From: Octopus bimaculoides | Lineage: Eukaryota | Assembly: GCF_001194135.2 (NCBI RefSeq) | Contig: NC_068989.1 | Location: 37,957,394 to 38,021,393, forward strand | DNA: 64,000 nt | Direction of reading: 5' to 3' | Part shown: positions 12,330 through 24,976 of the stretch, one piece after another | Layout: each line of letters begins with the position of its first letter | Position numbering within the stretch: the stretch's first letter is position 1 | The notes under the pieces: model-generated | What the model saw: the letters and a program-made list of their open reading frames with translations, nothing else | Database searches by the model: none | Told to the model about the DNA's origin: nothing | Made by a program: the position numbers and the translations under genes

Positions 12330-13198
12330 TATAATCAAGATTCAGTTGAATTAGGTAGTTAAATTAAGGCACCTTGCTAGTTCTGTATAATCTGCACACC
12401 CTAACAATATTATTTGAACATTGAATATCAAAACTCCATTTAAGGGTATTTGTGCCCAATATTCCTGTCATGTGTGAAGACAATGCAACCCAGCTAAGTG
12501 AAGATATCTACTCTTGGTAATTCAGACATGTACTTTTTATAAAGGTACTTTCCATAGTATTTCTGAAGTGCAGATTCTGAGTTAGGTGAACAGAATATAA
12601 ATAAGTAACAAAGATGTACAGGTGTGAATTCATTATGGCCATTTCAAGTGGCTCCATTTAATTATGTAGATAAAGCAAGATATATGGTTCCAGTACGTTG
12701 GGAGTCTAGTAGATAGTCTGACTTTAATTGATTTGTCACCATTAACTAGAATACAGTTGACAACACCCAATGGATTTAATTCTGAATGATTGAAGACTAC
12801 ACACACACTACATAAAGTTTTCTAAATATAAGTAACTACATCACCACCCTTTTTATCTTGATCCTCACTATTCCTTTTGCTACTCTCTAAATTGTAGTAG
12901 GCATATCAAGGTATGCATTATTTTCTAAACTCATTTTGCTACAGGTACAACAAAACGAAACAATGAAAATATTTTGGTTTCCATTATTGCTGTAAAAAAT
13001 GTTAAAAAGCCTATGTTTTGATCCGAAGAATACGGTTTCTTTCAAATTCATGTAATGTTTGCATTAATCAATTAAATGTAGCTGTTTGAAATGACCGTAA
13101 TGAATAGATACTTGTACATCTTTGTTACTTTATATATATATACATATGTATATATTATTATATATTTATATATATATATATTATGATATATATATATG

Positions 13199-13232
<34 letters not shown>

Positions 13233-13279
13233 NNNNNNNNNNNNNNNNNNNNNNNNNNNNNNNNNNNNNNNNNNNNNNN

Positions 13280-14210
13280 GCATTGATTCCTCTTGGGTGG
13301 GACTCTCAACAACTTGTTCAGGAGCAACCGGCGGTGCAGATTTATCTCATCGGGTGATAAATAGATACAACTCATTAAAATGACTGTTCCGCAATGTAAC
13401 TTTCCATTTTGTAGAGAGAAAAGCAGCCAGATGAAGGAAATATCTTCATTTATATAGAAGAGCAAAAATAAAATCACAGATGGCAAAAAGAGAAATGAAC
13501 ACACAATCCAGCGAGAAAAGTATTAAGATTAACCGTCAATAAATATGGATGTATAAACACCCTCGGGCAAGTGGCATGGCGCGAGTACACTCGCTCATAC
13601 AAGCGTCCACAAGAATGTGAGCATATGCACACATGAGGTTTGGTGCACTCATGATCACAAAGTGAGTTAGTTATCTACTTGGTGTTTATAAGAATGGGGA
13701 GGTTGAAAGTAAACTTAAGTCATCCATACCTTAAAGTAAATTAAGTTAAAGGTTATTCAAAGTTCATTCTCACTGCATTGTGCGAAAGTACATTCATATA
13801 CATGTAGGCATCTCAAGAGTTGCTTAGAAATTCTAGTAATTATCTTCTCGTTAGTTCACAGAATAGACAGGGATTCCTCAGAGCAGAGACAGCTTCTCCT
13901 GAAAATTATAATGTATGGTTTCGCATACCTTACAATGGACCAATTAATGCTGTGCTTCATTTTATTCTCCTTTAGTCGCCATACAAAATCTGCCAAAGAT
14001 GTTGAATGTCTCTTGCTGATTGTCTTAAAGCTAACAACATAGTTACAATAACGATTCTTAAATGAATCAGCCGTCTGCCCAATGTAAACATAGGGTCCTC
14101 CCCTTGTGTGCACAGTACATTTATATACAAGATTTGTACTCATACAGAGATTCATCAAAGGACATTTTGATTTATCTCTGCTTGAGCATTTATCATATTT
14201 ATTTGTATAT
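13280..14210 (-). mobile_element. Penelope-like element 3' part: GIY-YIG endonuclease remnant plus 3' trailer
   Basis: ORF 13856-14344 contains CSSRDKSKCPLMNLC...YKCTV...YVYIGQTADSFKNRY...STSLADFVWRLKE...WSIVRYAKPY...CLCSEESLSIL, a typical PLE GIY-YIG domain. Confidence 0.8.
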
Positions 14211-14211
14211 A

Positions 14212-14261
<50 letters not shown>

Positions 14262-14389
14262 TGTATAGTCACAGGAGTGGCATAGGTGCAGGAGTGGTTG
14301 TGTGGTAAGTAGCTTCTGTCAAATCGTCTAACCCATGCCAGCATGGAAAACGGACGTTAAATGATGATGATGACACACACACACATAAG

Positions 14390-16075
14390 AGCATCAAGCA
14401 ATGAAGAAAACTATAAAACCATTGATGAAGAAAAGAATATCAAACTCATTAAACATGCTAATGGACATCTTTTAGAAAGTGTTCTCAAACTATAGAAAGG
14501 AACTTGCGAATCTGAAGAAATAAATTCCCTCGAATGTTTGGAAAAGAATGTGTTAATTTTTTTCTGTAATTCTGAAAACCAGTTCAAAACAGAATACAGT
14601 TCCAGTAACCATTTTTTGAAGAAACCGAGAATGGAAACCTACACAGAAGTGACAAAACAATCAAATAAACCAAATTATAGACATTTAAAAGAACATAACC
14701 ACACCAAACCAACCAGAGTTAGAAATATAAATTTTCCTCCAGCAATGATAAACACTCAAGGGAATATGTTTAACTCTCATCGAAGGATCTTGAAACATGT
14801 AAATACACCTAATATGCTTAGATAGTAAAGCCAGTCTTCTAGCAATTCAAATATAATTAGTAACACTAACAATCCACATCAAGGTAATTTTAACAAACGT
14901 TTTTTAGACCCACCCTGTCCAGAGAAACAGGGACACATTTTAGAAGAAGACATACAGAAAAAACCCAAGATAACAAGTTTATCCAAGAAAACTTTTTCAA
15001 CAACAAAAATCAACATACTAGCAAAATTTACTTCAATCCTATGCAGATCCAATCAGAAAAAAAAAATCAAAGATAATATTACAGAGTTTGACAGAAAATT
15101 GCAACTTACAGAAACACTTCTTAACTATAATAATGATGATGATTCACTTGTTAAAAACAAAAGCAATTATCTTCTACTTAAAGTTAGGAATAAAACACTT
15201 GATGACTTTTGTGACCATATTCTGAATTTCTCTCATAATGCCTTACACAAATAAAAAAAATTCACTCAATGGAAGAACTTAATTGAATCGCAAAATGATA
15301 AAAGATTAACAATTAAAGAAGCTCATAAAGGAAGTGTTGAATCCTGTCTATGCTAGAAAAAAAAATTCCAGCTACAAAACCTTTGAAAACAAGAAACAGA
15401 AAATAATGAAAAATCTTTCATTCTTACTTCCCCTAAATGGGAAGTAGACAATGAAATCAGCTCTGTTACAAATTTTGATAATTAATGAAGCCTGCAAAGA
15501 ATCACCAGGCATATACATTAATGTCCAATCACCATGAGATTTAAAACTAAGACCCTTTATAACTAGCCCATCATGTGAAACCCACTTCTTAAGCAAATTT
15601 CTTGACACTCTACTGAAGCCTCTTCTGAAATACATCAAAATCTTCATTAAAGATGATCTGGATATGCTAAACCACCTCCCAAAAATCAATTGATGAAGAG
15701 ACAGTCATGGTATTCTTTAAGGTCGCGAACCTATAGACTAATATCTCACATGACTATTGAATAGAAGCAATCAAATTTCGATTGGTAAACTATCCAGAAG
15801 TATCAGAGCGCATCAACAAGGAATTTATAATTGTAGCTTTAAAATTTACCCTTCTTTTTTGATACCAATTATTTACTCACGAAAATCTCAATGAGAACAA
15901 AAGCAGCCTCAGTTCTTGCCAATCCAGTAATAGAATATTTAGAAATGATTATGTATCAAGTATCACTACAAAAATATGGATACTTATTCTATGAATATAT
16001 AAGAGAGAACTGGTAAAGATATCTGGATGATTGCTTTACACATTTTAATTCTTTATACCTTTTAATTCTTTATAT
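14390..16075 (+). mobile_element. Degenerate Penelope-like reverse transcriptase ORF (many stops and frameshifts)
   Basis: Recognisable PLE RT motifs: ITIKEAHKGSV (about 15310, cf. IKPADKG), LRPFITSPSCETHFLSKFLDTLLKP, IKDDLDMLNHLP, IEAIKF and the catalytic RYLDDCF at about 16018. Confidence 0.8.
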
Positions 16076-17008
16076 CATATTGGAAATGGCTAACACAAGC
16101 AATGAGAGCATGTTGTCCATTTCTTCAATGGATATCAGCCTTCATTTACCTTTTGAAGCATCATATTTGATGATATCAAAACATCACGTGCACTATAGCG
16201 ATTTGGACCAGAAGCATCAGATTTGGAAGATTCGTCATTACAGGCCACTAACCATGATGATGAAGATTAGCCTAGATTAGGAAACACTGACTGGTATGGT
16301 TATATAAATCAAAATTGTTTAAATGATCAAATACTTCAGTCTCAAGTTATTTGAAAGAATGTCTGTATATATCTATGATAAGAAATTTACGTGCCATGGA
16401 ACTCACCAGGCTGACCAGGAGGAAAATATCTGCATAATTTAATTACTTTGATTAGAGTATTAAGCTTTGCCTTGAACAATTATCAGTGTCAACATTGTAC
16501 AGTTTTAATTCTCTATAGTTAGCCTCTCATTTTGTAATAAGTTATAAATTCTTACATCACAAACAGGCTGGACACAGTAACAGGCCTATTTTCAAAATAA
16601 TACATCGTTCTGTACATCTCACATTTCTATGGAATATTGCAAAAAATATTATTCAACATATTATTTATTATAAAAAGAACACAGAGTAACAATGGCTTAA
16701 ATCTAGTATAAATAGTATGCACGTACCCACCAACATACCCAGAACTGTCCTACATTGATCTTCAAGCATTTTAATCACATGTCAAAATATAAAACTCAAC
16801 TATATATGTGGATTTGTAAAAGAAGTGATACCCTAAGAAAAGCTAGTGTATATTCAGGATGTCTCGGACTTTAGGCTATTTAGCACAGCCTTTTGAGGCT
16901 TTTTGAACCACTCTCCTAGAGATTAATTAACTATTTTTTTTTTATTGTAATATAGAAATTTGTGGTCCTGGATTTATATGCAGCAATTATGAATGATGTT
17001 AAACAATA

Positions 17009-17539
17009 CAGTAATGCCTCGATATACGAGTTAATTTGTTCCCGGAGACGGCTCGTAAAACAAAAACTCACAAAGCAAAGCAATAATATAAATTGTAATT
17101 TATTCCCAGTAAAACATCTTACCTATAAAATTTATAATGCTCATAAATAAATGACAATAAAACAACAATAAAATGTAAAGAATAATTTATGTAAAGTAAA
17201 AAGAATGTCAAGATCATTTATAATAGAAAATATTTTTATAATCGTTTTCTGAATTACTTTGACTAGCACTAGACTCAGGCACAACCATCACTTGTAGATG
17301 TGATCACCGATTCCCAAGTACTCATAGACAGACTTGTAGGTTTCTTTTAAAAAGTCTAGAGTCATTTGCTTATAAGAAGCAGAAACATTTGTTATGGTAA
17401 TAGAAACTTTAGCACTTTGTTTAAAATTTGGATTTTGGAATTGAAAACTTTCAACACACCATACAAAAGTGAAATGAAAAATAAAACTCATAAACCCGGG
17501 ATCTCGTAAAGCACGTCCTCATAAAGTGTGGTATTACTG
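17009..17539 (-). mobile_element. Non-autonomous pogo/Tigger-like DNA transposon (531 bp)
   Basis: TIRs CAGTAATGCCTCGATATACGAG and rc CAGTAATACCACACTTTATGAG, with TA TSDs at 17007-08 and 17540-41. Internal minus-strand remnant PNFKQSAKV...SASYKQMTLDFLK resembles a Tigger transposase C-terminus. Confidence 0.75.
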
Positions 17540-17563
17540 TACATACCCTATTTCATTCCCGTT

Positions 17564-17926
17564 TTACAACTGCTGAGTGTTCTGGTGTGGGGATGGGGGA
17601 AGACAAAAATGCGTCATTGAGATCGTCTTGGGATAGATAGACTGTACAGATCCCAGGCATAAATATTTCTTCCTATTCATTCCGAACTCCTTCATAAGTG
17701 AATATTGCACTTCAAAACAGTTTAGATTAAAACGCTTCAAGCAAACCACACTGTACAGAGAGGGTTCAGACCAGTCTGCTCTTGTGAGCTTCACAAACCA
17801 AGTCAATACTGCTTGCTGTCGCTTGTCCTTGGGAAAAATAGTCATATTACTACACCCTGTCACAATATAAGTTCTACCCTTGGCCCTGGAACATGTAATA
17901 AACGGTAATATTTTAGAAGTCCTCAC
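17564..17926 (-). pseudogene. Degenerate THAP zinc-finger domain (probably from a THAP/P-element-type transposon)
   Basis: TYIVTGCSN...FPKDKRQQAVLTWFVKLTRADWSEPSLYSVVCLKRFNLNCF matches the THAP pattern CxVxGCxN...FP...W...R...W.P...VCSxHF, but the first Cys and the His are substituted. Confidence 0.65.
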
Positions 17927-18953
17927 TCATTCAGCCTGAAAAACTGCACCAATGATGTTATAGGACATCAAATGCAACATTCCGGTTTTAATCACGTCTT
18001 TGGTTTTCGTGTATAAATAAGAAAAAGTCACTTTTTTACCAATTTCTCATTGATTGACAAGTAAATCTTTGTAATGATACAAACAATCAAATTTATTTAA
18101 ATATTCATACAATATAACATCCACTTGTATGTTGTGTTCCTAGACACTTTAATCTAAAACTATTCAATTCACCATCATTAACAGGGTCATTAGCTCCCTG
18201 CTTTTATTAAAAACCATTGATTATCTCCCCTGAAACTTATTTACCTTCTGATTCAGTTACAAAATATACTTCCTTCTATTAACATGGTACGAAAACTTCT
18301 TATAATAGCATGAAATTATAACATTATCACTAAATTCTCAGTCATGATTAGCCGCAAGCAAAACTGATCGTCAATGTAAATATTTTATTTCATATGTGTA
18401 TATATATAACAAAATTTCTATGCATTTTCCATTTTTTAAATATTTTTCACTGCAATTCACCACATGGAAAAAATATTTTTTATCGAATTTTTTCATTACC
18501 CATATACACCCAAACAACATACCCATGTATGTGTGTGCATCAATCAATCAATCAATCTATCTATCTATCTATTCATATATGAATTAGAAGCAGCTCAAGG
18601 TATATAAACAAAGTCAAACACACATACACGAGGTATATGTTGTTAGTTTGCTATTTTGAACACAGATGAGAAGAGAACATCGTCGTAGTTACTTGGATGG
18701 TACACTGAGTACATTAAGCAGCTATTCTTCCTTCCACTTGGATTTTTATGTATTCTCTCTCCCACTTGGATTTGAAATGTTGCCACATTTATAATATGTC
18801 TTTTTTTCTACTGTAATTTTCTGCATTTTCATGCAGCTGAAGATTGTTCTTCATATTGCATTTAATGTAATGCTCGCATTACTTAAATAAATTGGAGTAG
18901 CATGAAACGTGCGTACTGCAATCACCTTTGAAATCCATATTGCTCATTTTTTG

Positions 18954-18997
<44 letters not shown>

Positions 18998-19103
18998 GTA
19001 TGTGCGTGCANNNNNNNNNNNNNNNNNNNNNNNNNNNNNNNNNNNNNNNNNNNNNNNNNNNNNNNNNNNNNNNNNNNNNNNNNNNNNNNNNNNNNNNNNN
19101 NNN

Positions 19104-19136
<33 letters not shown>

Positions 19137-20959
19137 GTATGTATGTAAATATATACACACATATATGCATGCATAGCTGTGTTAACATGTAGTTCATTTT
19201 GTTGCCTTGTAGCTTGAAATTCTATATCCTTGTGTGGCAACAATATCATTTTCTAGCTGTGTATTTTCAACAAGTTTAATATGTAAAAACCTCTTGCTTA
19301 GAAAGCAAGTAAAATTTAGTGACAGGTAGGGCATCTTGCCGTGAAGCAATGCCTCAATATTGTTTTAATCCATGAATCCATGCTGGTATAAAAGAAAAAC
19401 AGATGTAAAACCAATGAACAATATATACACACATGCACAAAATCAAATATATATATCTTGTCTTGTGGTAACCTTTTTTTTTTTTTGATGAATATTGATT
19501 TCAACATTTGAAAATAAATTTGGTTGAACAGTTTTATGTTGTATTTTTTCGAAAACTTGTATCCACTTGAATCTACTTCTTTATAGCTAAAGGCAGATCA
19601 AAAATTAAACTATGAATGCCATATTTTTCTGACTTTTCAAGTGTTCCACAATGCACAACCTTTCAAGTGAGTCTTTCTCAAAAATTCATTCAATTTTTTA
19701 AAATTTTTATCAATATTTTGAAAAAATATGCGTGCTAGGGTTGAAAATCAACAGAATGTTTGGTGACATGCAGTGTTGGAGAGATTCTGCCTGCCCATGC
19801 AAATATGATAAAATGAATGTTAAAATAATAGTGATGGAGGATGGGAGACCTGCTACACACATCACCTCTAGCTACAATTTCAAATTTCTATCTACTGTCT
19901 CTCTATCATCTGTCCTCCTTCATTGACTTTCTCTTATGTTCACTGTACTTTGCTGCCAGTGCAACTTAGAGTATCATTAACTCTCTCTTCTATTCACTGT
20001 ATAATGTTGCCTGTGTAAAGACGTCCTTAGGTCTATCCAACACACTCCTCTCACTGTGCCACAATACCCATGTAATGAAAGATTGGACTAGATCTATCTG
20101 TACTCAATCCTACTTACCTCTATCCTGTACTTAATGCATTCATTCATCACTCTTTTTATATTGTCAACATATCCTCTCACCTCTACTCCTTCCCTCTCAT
20201 CACAATCACTGTGTTTCCACCATCATATTCTTGTTTTCTTCATCCCTGTCCATTCTGGTTTTCTTCTGTTAACACTCCGCTATTCACACTCTTGCTGCAT
20301 TGAGTGAAGAGACACAGGATATAGAAGTGAGAACTATTTTGTCTTATAGGGTAGAAAGTATCGTCACTAATGCTGGTGCCATGTTAAAATGCACACAGTG
20401 TTCTTTGTAAAGTGGTAAGAGATCGGAGACAACATAGGAAGTATTTTGCACAAAACAAATACCACAAAGTATTTTTATTTGAAAGCAAAAGTTTAGCAAT
20501 TTTGTCATGAATGAACAGAGAGAGAGAGAGTTTCTATCTACTAAATTCTACTCGCAAGGCATTGATCAATCTGAAGCTATGTTAGTAGATACCTGCTCTA
20601 AGTGCTGCTTAGTGGAATAAAACCTAAAGCCACTTGATTATGAAACAAGTAATTTAACCCTGCAGCCTTGGCCTATAGCTTGTCTTCTAAATTTTTCTCT
20701 CTTTTATCCCCTTTCACCATGTCTCCTGAAATCTTTCTTTTGCTTTTCTTGACATTCAAAATGATTTCCCAACCACACAAACATAACAGAATATAATCAA
20801 TGATTTTTCATGCATCTAAATATCAGCTACACTCACCTCTTTCCCCAACAAAAGATGACCAAAATATAATGAACTGCATGTATTTCAAACCTTGCATCTC
20901 AAACATTCCTGCTCTTTTTTTTCACCTCCTTTGCTCGCTTCTCCTCTCTAGCAAATTCA

Positions 20960-21400
20960 CTACCTCTTAACCAATGCCATCACCTCTTCCGCTACTGCTG
21001 CAACCACCACCACCACCACCACCACCACCACTACTATATTCTCCACAATTCATGACTGCTGTCACCCATACAGCCACCACATCATCACTACCATTATTGA
21101 AATTATCACCAATGCTATGCTTTTAATCTATATTTTTTCCCCCCAAGATCTTGCATATACTTCTGATCATCACAACCACTAAACACAACTAGAACCATCA
21201 CCGCAACAACCACCGCTGCCGCCACTGCCACCACCACCACCACCACCATTTCAAATCCTATCATCACCATCACCAATGCCATCAATACAAGCTATGTTAT
21301 CACCACGATTACCACTACTTCAACTCCCACCATCAACACCAACACAATCACCACCACTAACATTTTATAATCACCATCTTCCATACTGCACCACTTCCTA
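20960..21400. repeat. (CCA/CAC)n-rich low-complexity region
   Basis: Degenerate CAC/CCA trinucleotide runs. Many other (TA)n, (CA)n, (GA)n, (TAA)n and (CATA)n tracts occur throughout the window. Confidence 0.8.
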
Positions 21401-22808
21401 CATCATACTCACAATCTCCATACATCCTTTCAGGGAGGTTTCATTATTTGTTTATTTACCATTTGTTACAATCGTTACCCCCACTTCTCACCTCACCTCT
21501 CCCCACCAACACCTTCCTGCTTCACTTTGTTTATTTCATTCTGCAATATTCACTCCTCCTTCTCAGTCCCACCTGCCTTCTGCCTTCATCACTGACTCTC
21601 TTCTTCATTTCCTGTCCTAAATGCTGCAATTAAATTCCCACGGATTAATTTCTATAATTTTCTCATCTTGTTCTTCCGGTTCATCTTTTACGTTGTCTTT
21701 ACTATGGTTGCTGTTGTTATTGTTAATATTGCTGTTCTCTTTTTATTCTAATGCTTTTTCTTCTTATCTATGTTTTTTCTTCATAAAGCATTTTTTCCAT
21801 TGATTTTTCTTCATCCTCTACAGTTTCCTCTCTTAGTTTTCATACTTTCAGTTCACACATCTTTCTATTTTCCTTCTTTTTACTCTTCAGTTTCTTCTTT
21901 CTCTTTTTTGCTATCTTTTTCTTAATTCTTTGATTTTAAACACTATTTTAACTGTTGAATTTTACTGATTTAAAAAATTTTTTCTTTCAATTTCTTTGTC
22001 TTTGATTCTGTCATTTCTTTTTTTTCTTGGCATGTTTTTTAGTTGTTGTTTTCTCTTTTGTTTATATTTTTATTACTATTTCTGTTATTTCTATTACTTC
22101 TTGCATGGGACAAAATATTTTTGAATATTAATTCTTAGCTCTTTATATTTTCCCAAATAAATTTAAATTCCATTCCCACCAACCCAACTCTACATTACCA
22201 TTCCATACAAGCAGGAATTGAATGAATTATTACTCATTTACATTTCTTTATTTCCTTCCAATTTCTTCTTTAGTTTTTTTCTTTAATATCTTTCTCCATC
22301 ACACTAGAGGTAGAAAGTTAGTGTTATATGGATTCCAGCCAAATTTAGAGAGAAATTTATTACTCATTGGCTTGGACTGAAATTAGAACTCAAGCACAAA
22401 AATAACAAAACCCAAAAAGATTTCCTTCTTTAATAAAATTATATTCTCAATAGTTATTGAAGTCTTGTATATGAGCCAAATTATGATGGATCATATAAAC
22501 AGGCTAAAATGGTAGTAGCCATGTAGACAGAACAAAACTATTATTTGATTCTTAACAGCTTTTGTATCTTATATTTCTAAAAAATATTTTTATATCTTAT
22601 ATCTCCTGTGCCATTCTTCTGTGGTTTAAAGAATGTATTTTTTAAGACAATTGGTTTTGTAACTTGATTCAGTATCCAATCAGCCGTGAAGTAAGTGTTA
22701 AACCTGTTTTCTGTTCAGTCAGACAAGATGAAATAAGCTTAATTAGGTACCTTACTCAGAGGCACAGCACAAACAGTAAAGTTTGAACTTATGATCAGTT
22801 CCATTATA

Positions 22809-24093
22809 TCAGGCTAAGTAAAAAGTAAGCAATGTTTTTAAATATAAAATTCATTGCAATATATTTCAACAATGCGGAAATTTTATTCATCGAAGTAAGT
22901 ACCATTACAATCAACACATTTTTGCCAACGAGTTACAAGTTTGTTTATTCCAGTAGCATAAAAATCTGGTGTTCTGGAGCTGATGAACTCTTTGAACATA
23001 CTTTCAGCATCGGTTTGATTTTTGAACTCCTTCTCTCGCAGGAAACCATCAAGGTGCTTGAAAAAGTGGTAATCAGTCAGAGAAAAGTCTGAGGAATAAG
23101 CTGGGTAGGGAAGAACTTCATAGCCAAGTTCCCTCAACTTTTGGAGCATCATTAGTGAAACGTGTGATTGAGCATTGTCATGAAGAATGATTGACCCTCT
23201 TCTGTTGACCAGTCAGGGATGGAGGAGTAGCAGGTTTACATTCATTTTGGCAAATTTGATGATTATATGTTTCTGCAGTAATGGTTTTTCTGGGTTTTAA
23301 GAAGTTATAGTGGATGAGTCCAGCAGTACACCACCAAAGAATCCCCATAACCTTCTTTTTTGAAGAGCTTGGGTTTAGGGAAGGTTTTCAGTGCTTCATT
23401 TTGGTCCAACCACTGTGAAGAACGTTTTTCTATTATTGTATAGAATCCACTTTTCATCACAAGTTACAATATAGTTGAGAAACGGATCAGTCTGGTTACG
23501 GAGAAGAAGCAACAAGCAAATTTCATATCTGTGCCTTTTCTGATTTTCATTCAAATTGTGTAGTACCCATTTGTCAAGCTTTTTTGATTTTCTGATCGCA
23601 TGCAAATGATTGCAGGCAGTTTTCTGGTTAATTTGATATTCTTTTGCCAGTTCTCAAGTAGTTTTACATGGATCTCTCTCAATGACTGTCTTTAATTGAT
23701 TGTCATCGATGACAGATGGGTGTCCACTATGCTCATGATCTTCAAGGCTCAAGTCTCCTCTACAAAATTGTTTAAACCGTTTTCGAGCTGAACACTCCCT
23801 GTTCATTTCCTCACCAAACGTTTCTTTGATATTGCGAGCAGTTTCAGTTGCTCTACATCCTTTTTTTAAGTTGAATAGCAAAATTGCTCAAATATCGTGC
23901 TTTGACAGTTCCATTTCAGGTGATTGTAACAATGGTGAAAAAATATCAATGTTAATTTATTGATGCATTTGGGCAAGTCTATGTCTGTATTATCAGACAA
24001 TTTTAAAAAATGTTTAAAAAATTCAAAACTCTGCAAAAATCCAGTACAAATTTTTCATGGTTCAAAACATTACTTACTTTTTACTCAACCTGA
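22809..24093 (-). mobile_element. Full-length degenerate mariner (DD34D, Hsmar1/cecropia-like), 1285 bp
   Basis: TIRs TCAGGCTAAGTAAAAAGTAAGCAATG and rc TCAGGTTGAGTAAAAAGTAAGTAATG with TA TSDs. Fragmented transposase 23881-22883 has an HTH region, VTCDEKWILYNN and YPAYSSDFSLTDYHFF. Confidence 0.92.
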
Positions 24094-24892
24094 TATATTG
24101 TGTAGTCACAATATATAGATATTGTAACCAAACATATGTAGTTTGTCAACATAAAATATAACCATAGTAAATGGAAATAGAACTGATTTCTTAGAATCAA
24201 AATTCAGTAAATAAAGTTTGTCTCTCTTCATGGCATAAAGATTATTCTAATTTGCAAACACTAATGACAATAAATTATATTAAATTGAACTGAATTAAAT
24301 GCATGTGTGTAAATATGTATGTGTGCATATGTATGTTTGTGTGCATATACGTGTATCTGTGTGTGCATATGTACCTGTATGTATGTGTGTCTTAACAACA
24401 GTAAATAAATATTCTGGTACCATTATTTCTTCCAATCTCAGGATTAACTGTAATTTCCTCTCCTTTCTACACTATCAACTCAACAAACGACCCCTGGTGA
24501 CTTCCTTGACAAGTGTTCTATGATTGACATGGGATTCTCATGGGAGAATACAAAGATGGTTTCCTGTTACTTCTTTGGATATTTTTACGAGACACCAAGC
24601 TTGCTGGCTAGATACAGACAAGGCTGTCACAACTGCCTGAGCACACAGAATGTAAAGAGCTGGAACAAATATGCAAAGCATTTTGTTTAATGCATTAATA
24701 ACTCCGCCAGTCTCCTACCCTGCACTGGTGCTTCATTTTATCAGCCACTGAGGGATGAAAGGCAAAGTTGGTCTTGGTGGGATTTCAATTCAGAATGTAA
24801 AGAGCCATGATAAATCTTGAAAGCTATTTTGTCTAATGCTCTACTGATTCTGCAAAGTTCACTACAATCACTTGCCGATTCATAACGTTCTT

Positions 24893-24976
24893 CTGCCAAT
24901 TCACCACGCGCACCTGCCAATTCACCACACTCATCTGCCAATTCACCACACTCATCTGCCAATTCACCATTCATTT
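24893..24976 (-). repeat. Four tandem 21-bp units derived from the SINE-B 5' head
   Basis: CTGCCAATTCACCAC(ACTCAT) repeated four times, directly ahead of a minus-strand SINE-B body. Confidence 0.8.

Noticed and set aside
21276-21803. Pro/Thr/His-rich or Leu-rich ORFs
   Set aside because: Translations of low-complexity CCA and CT-rich DNA.
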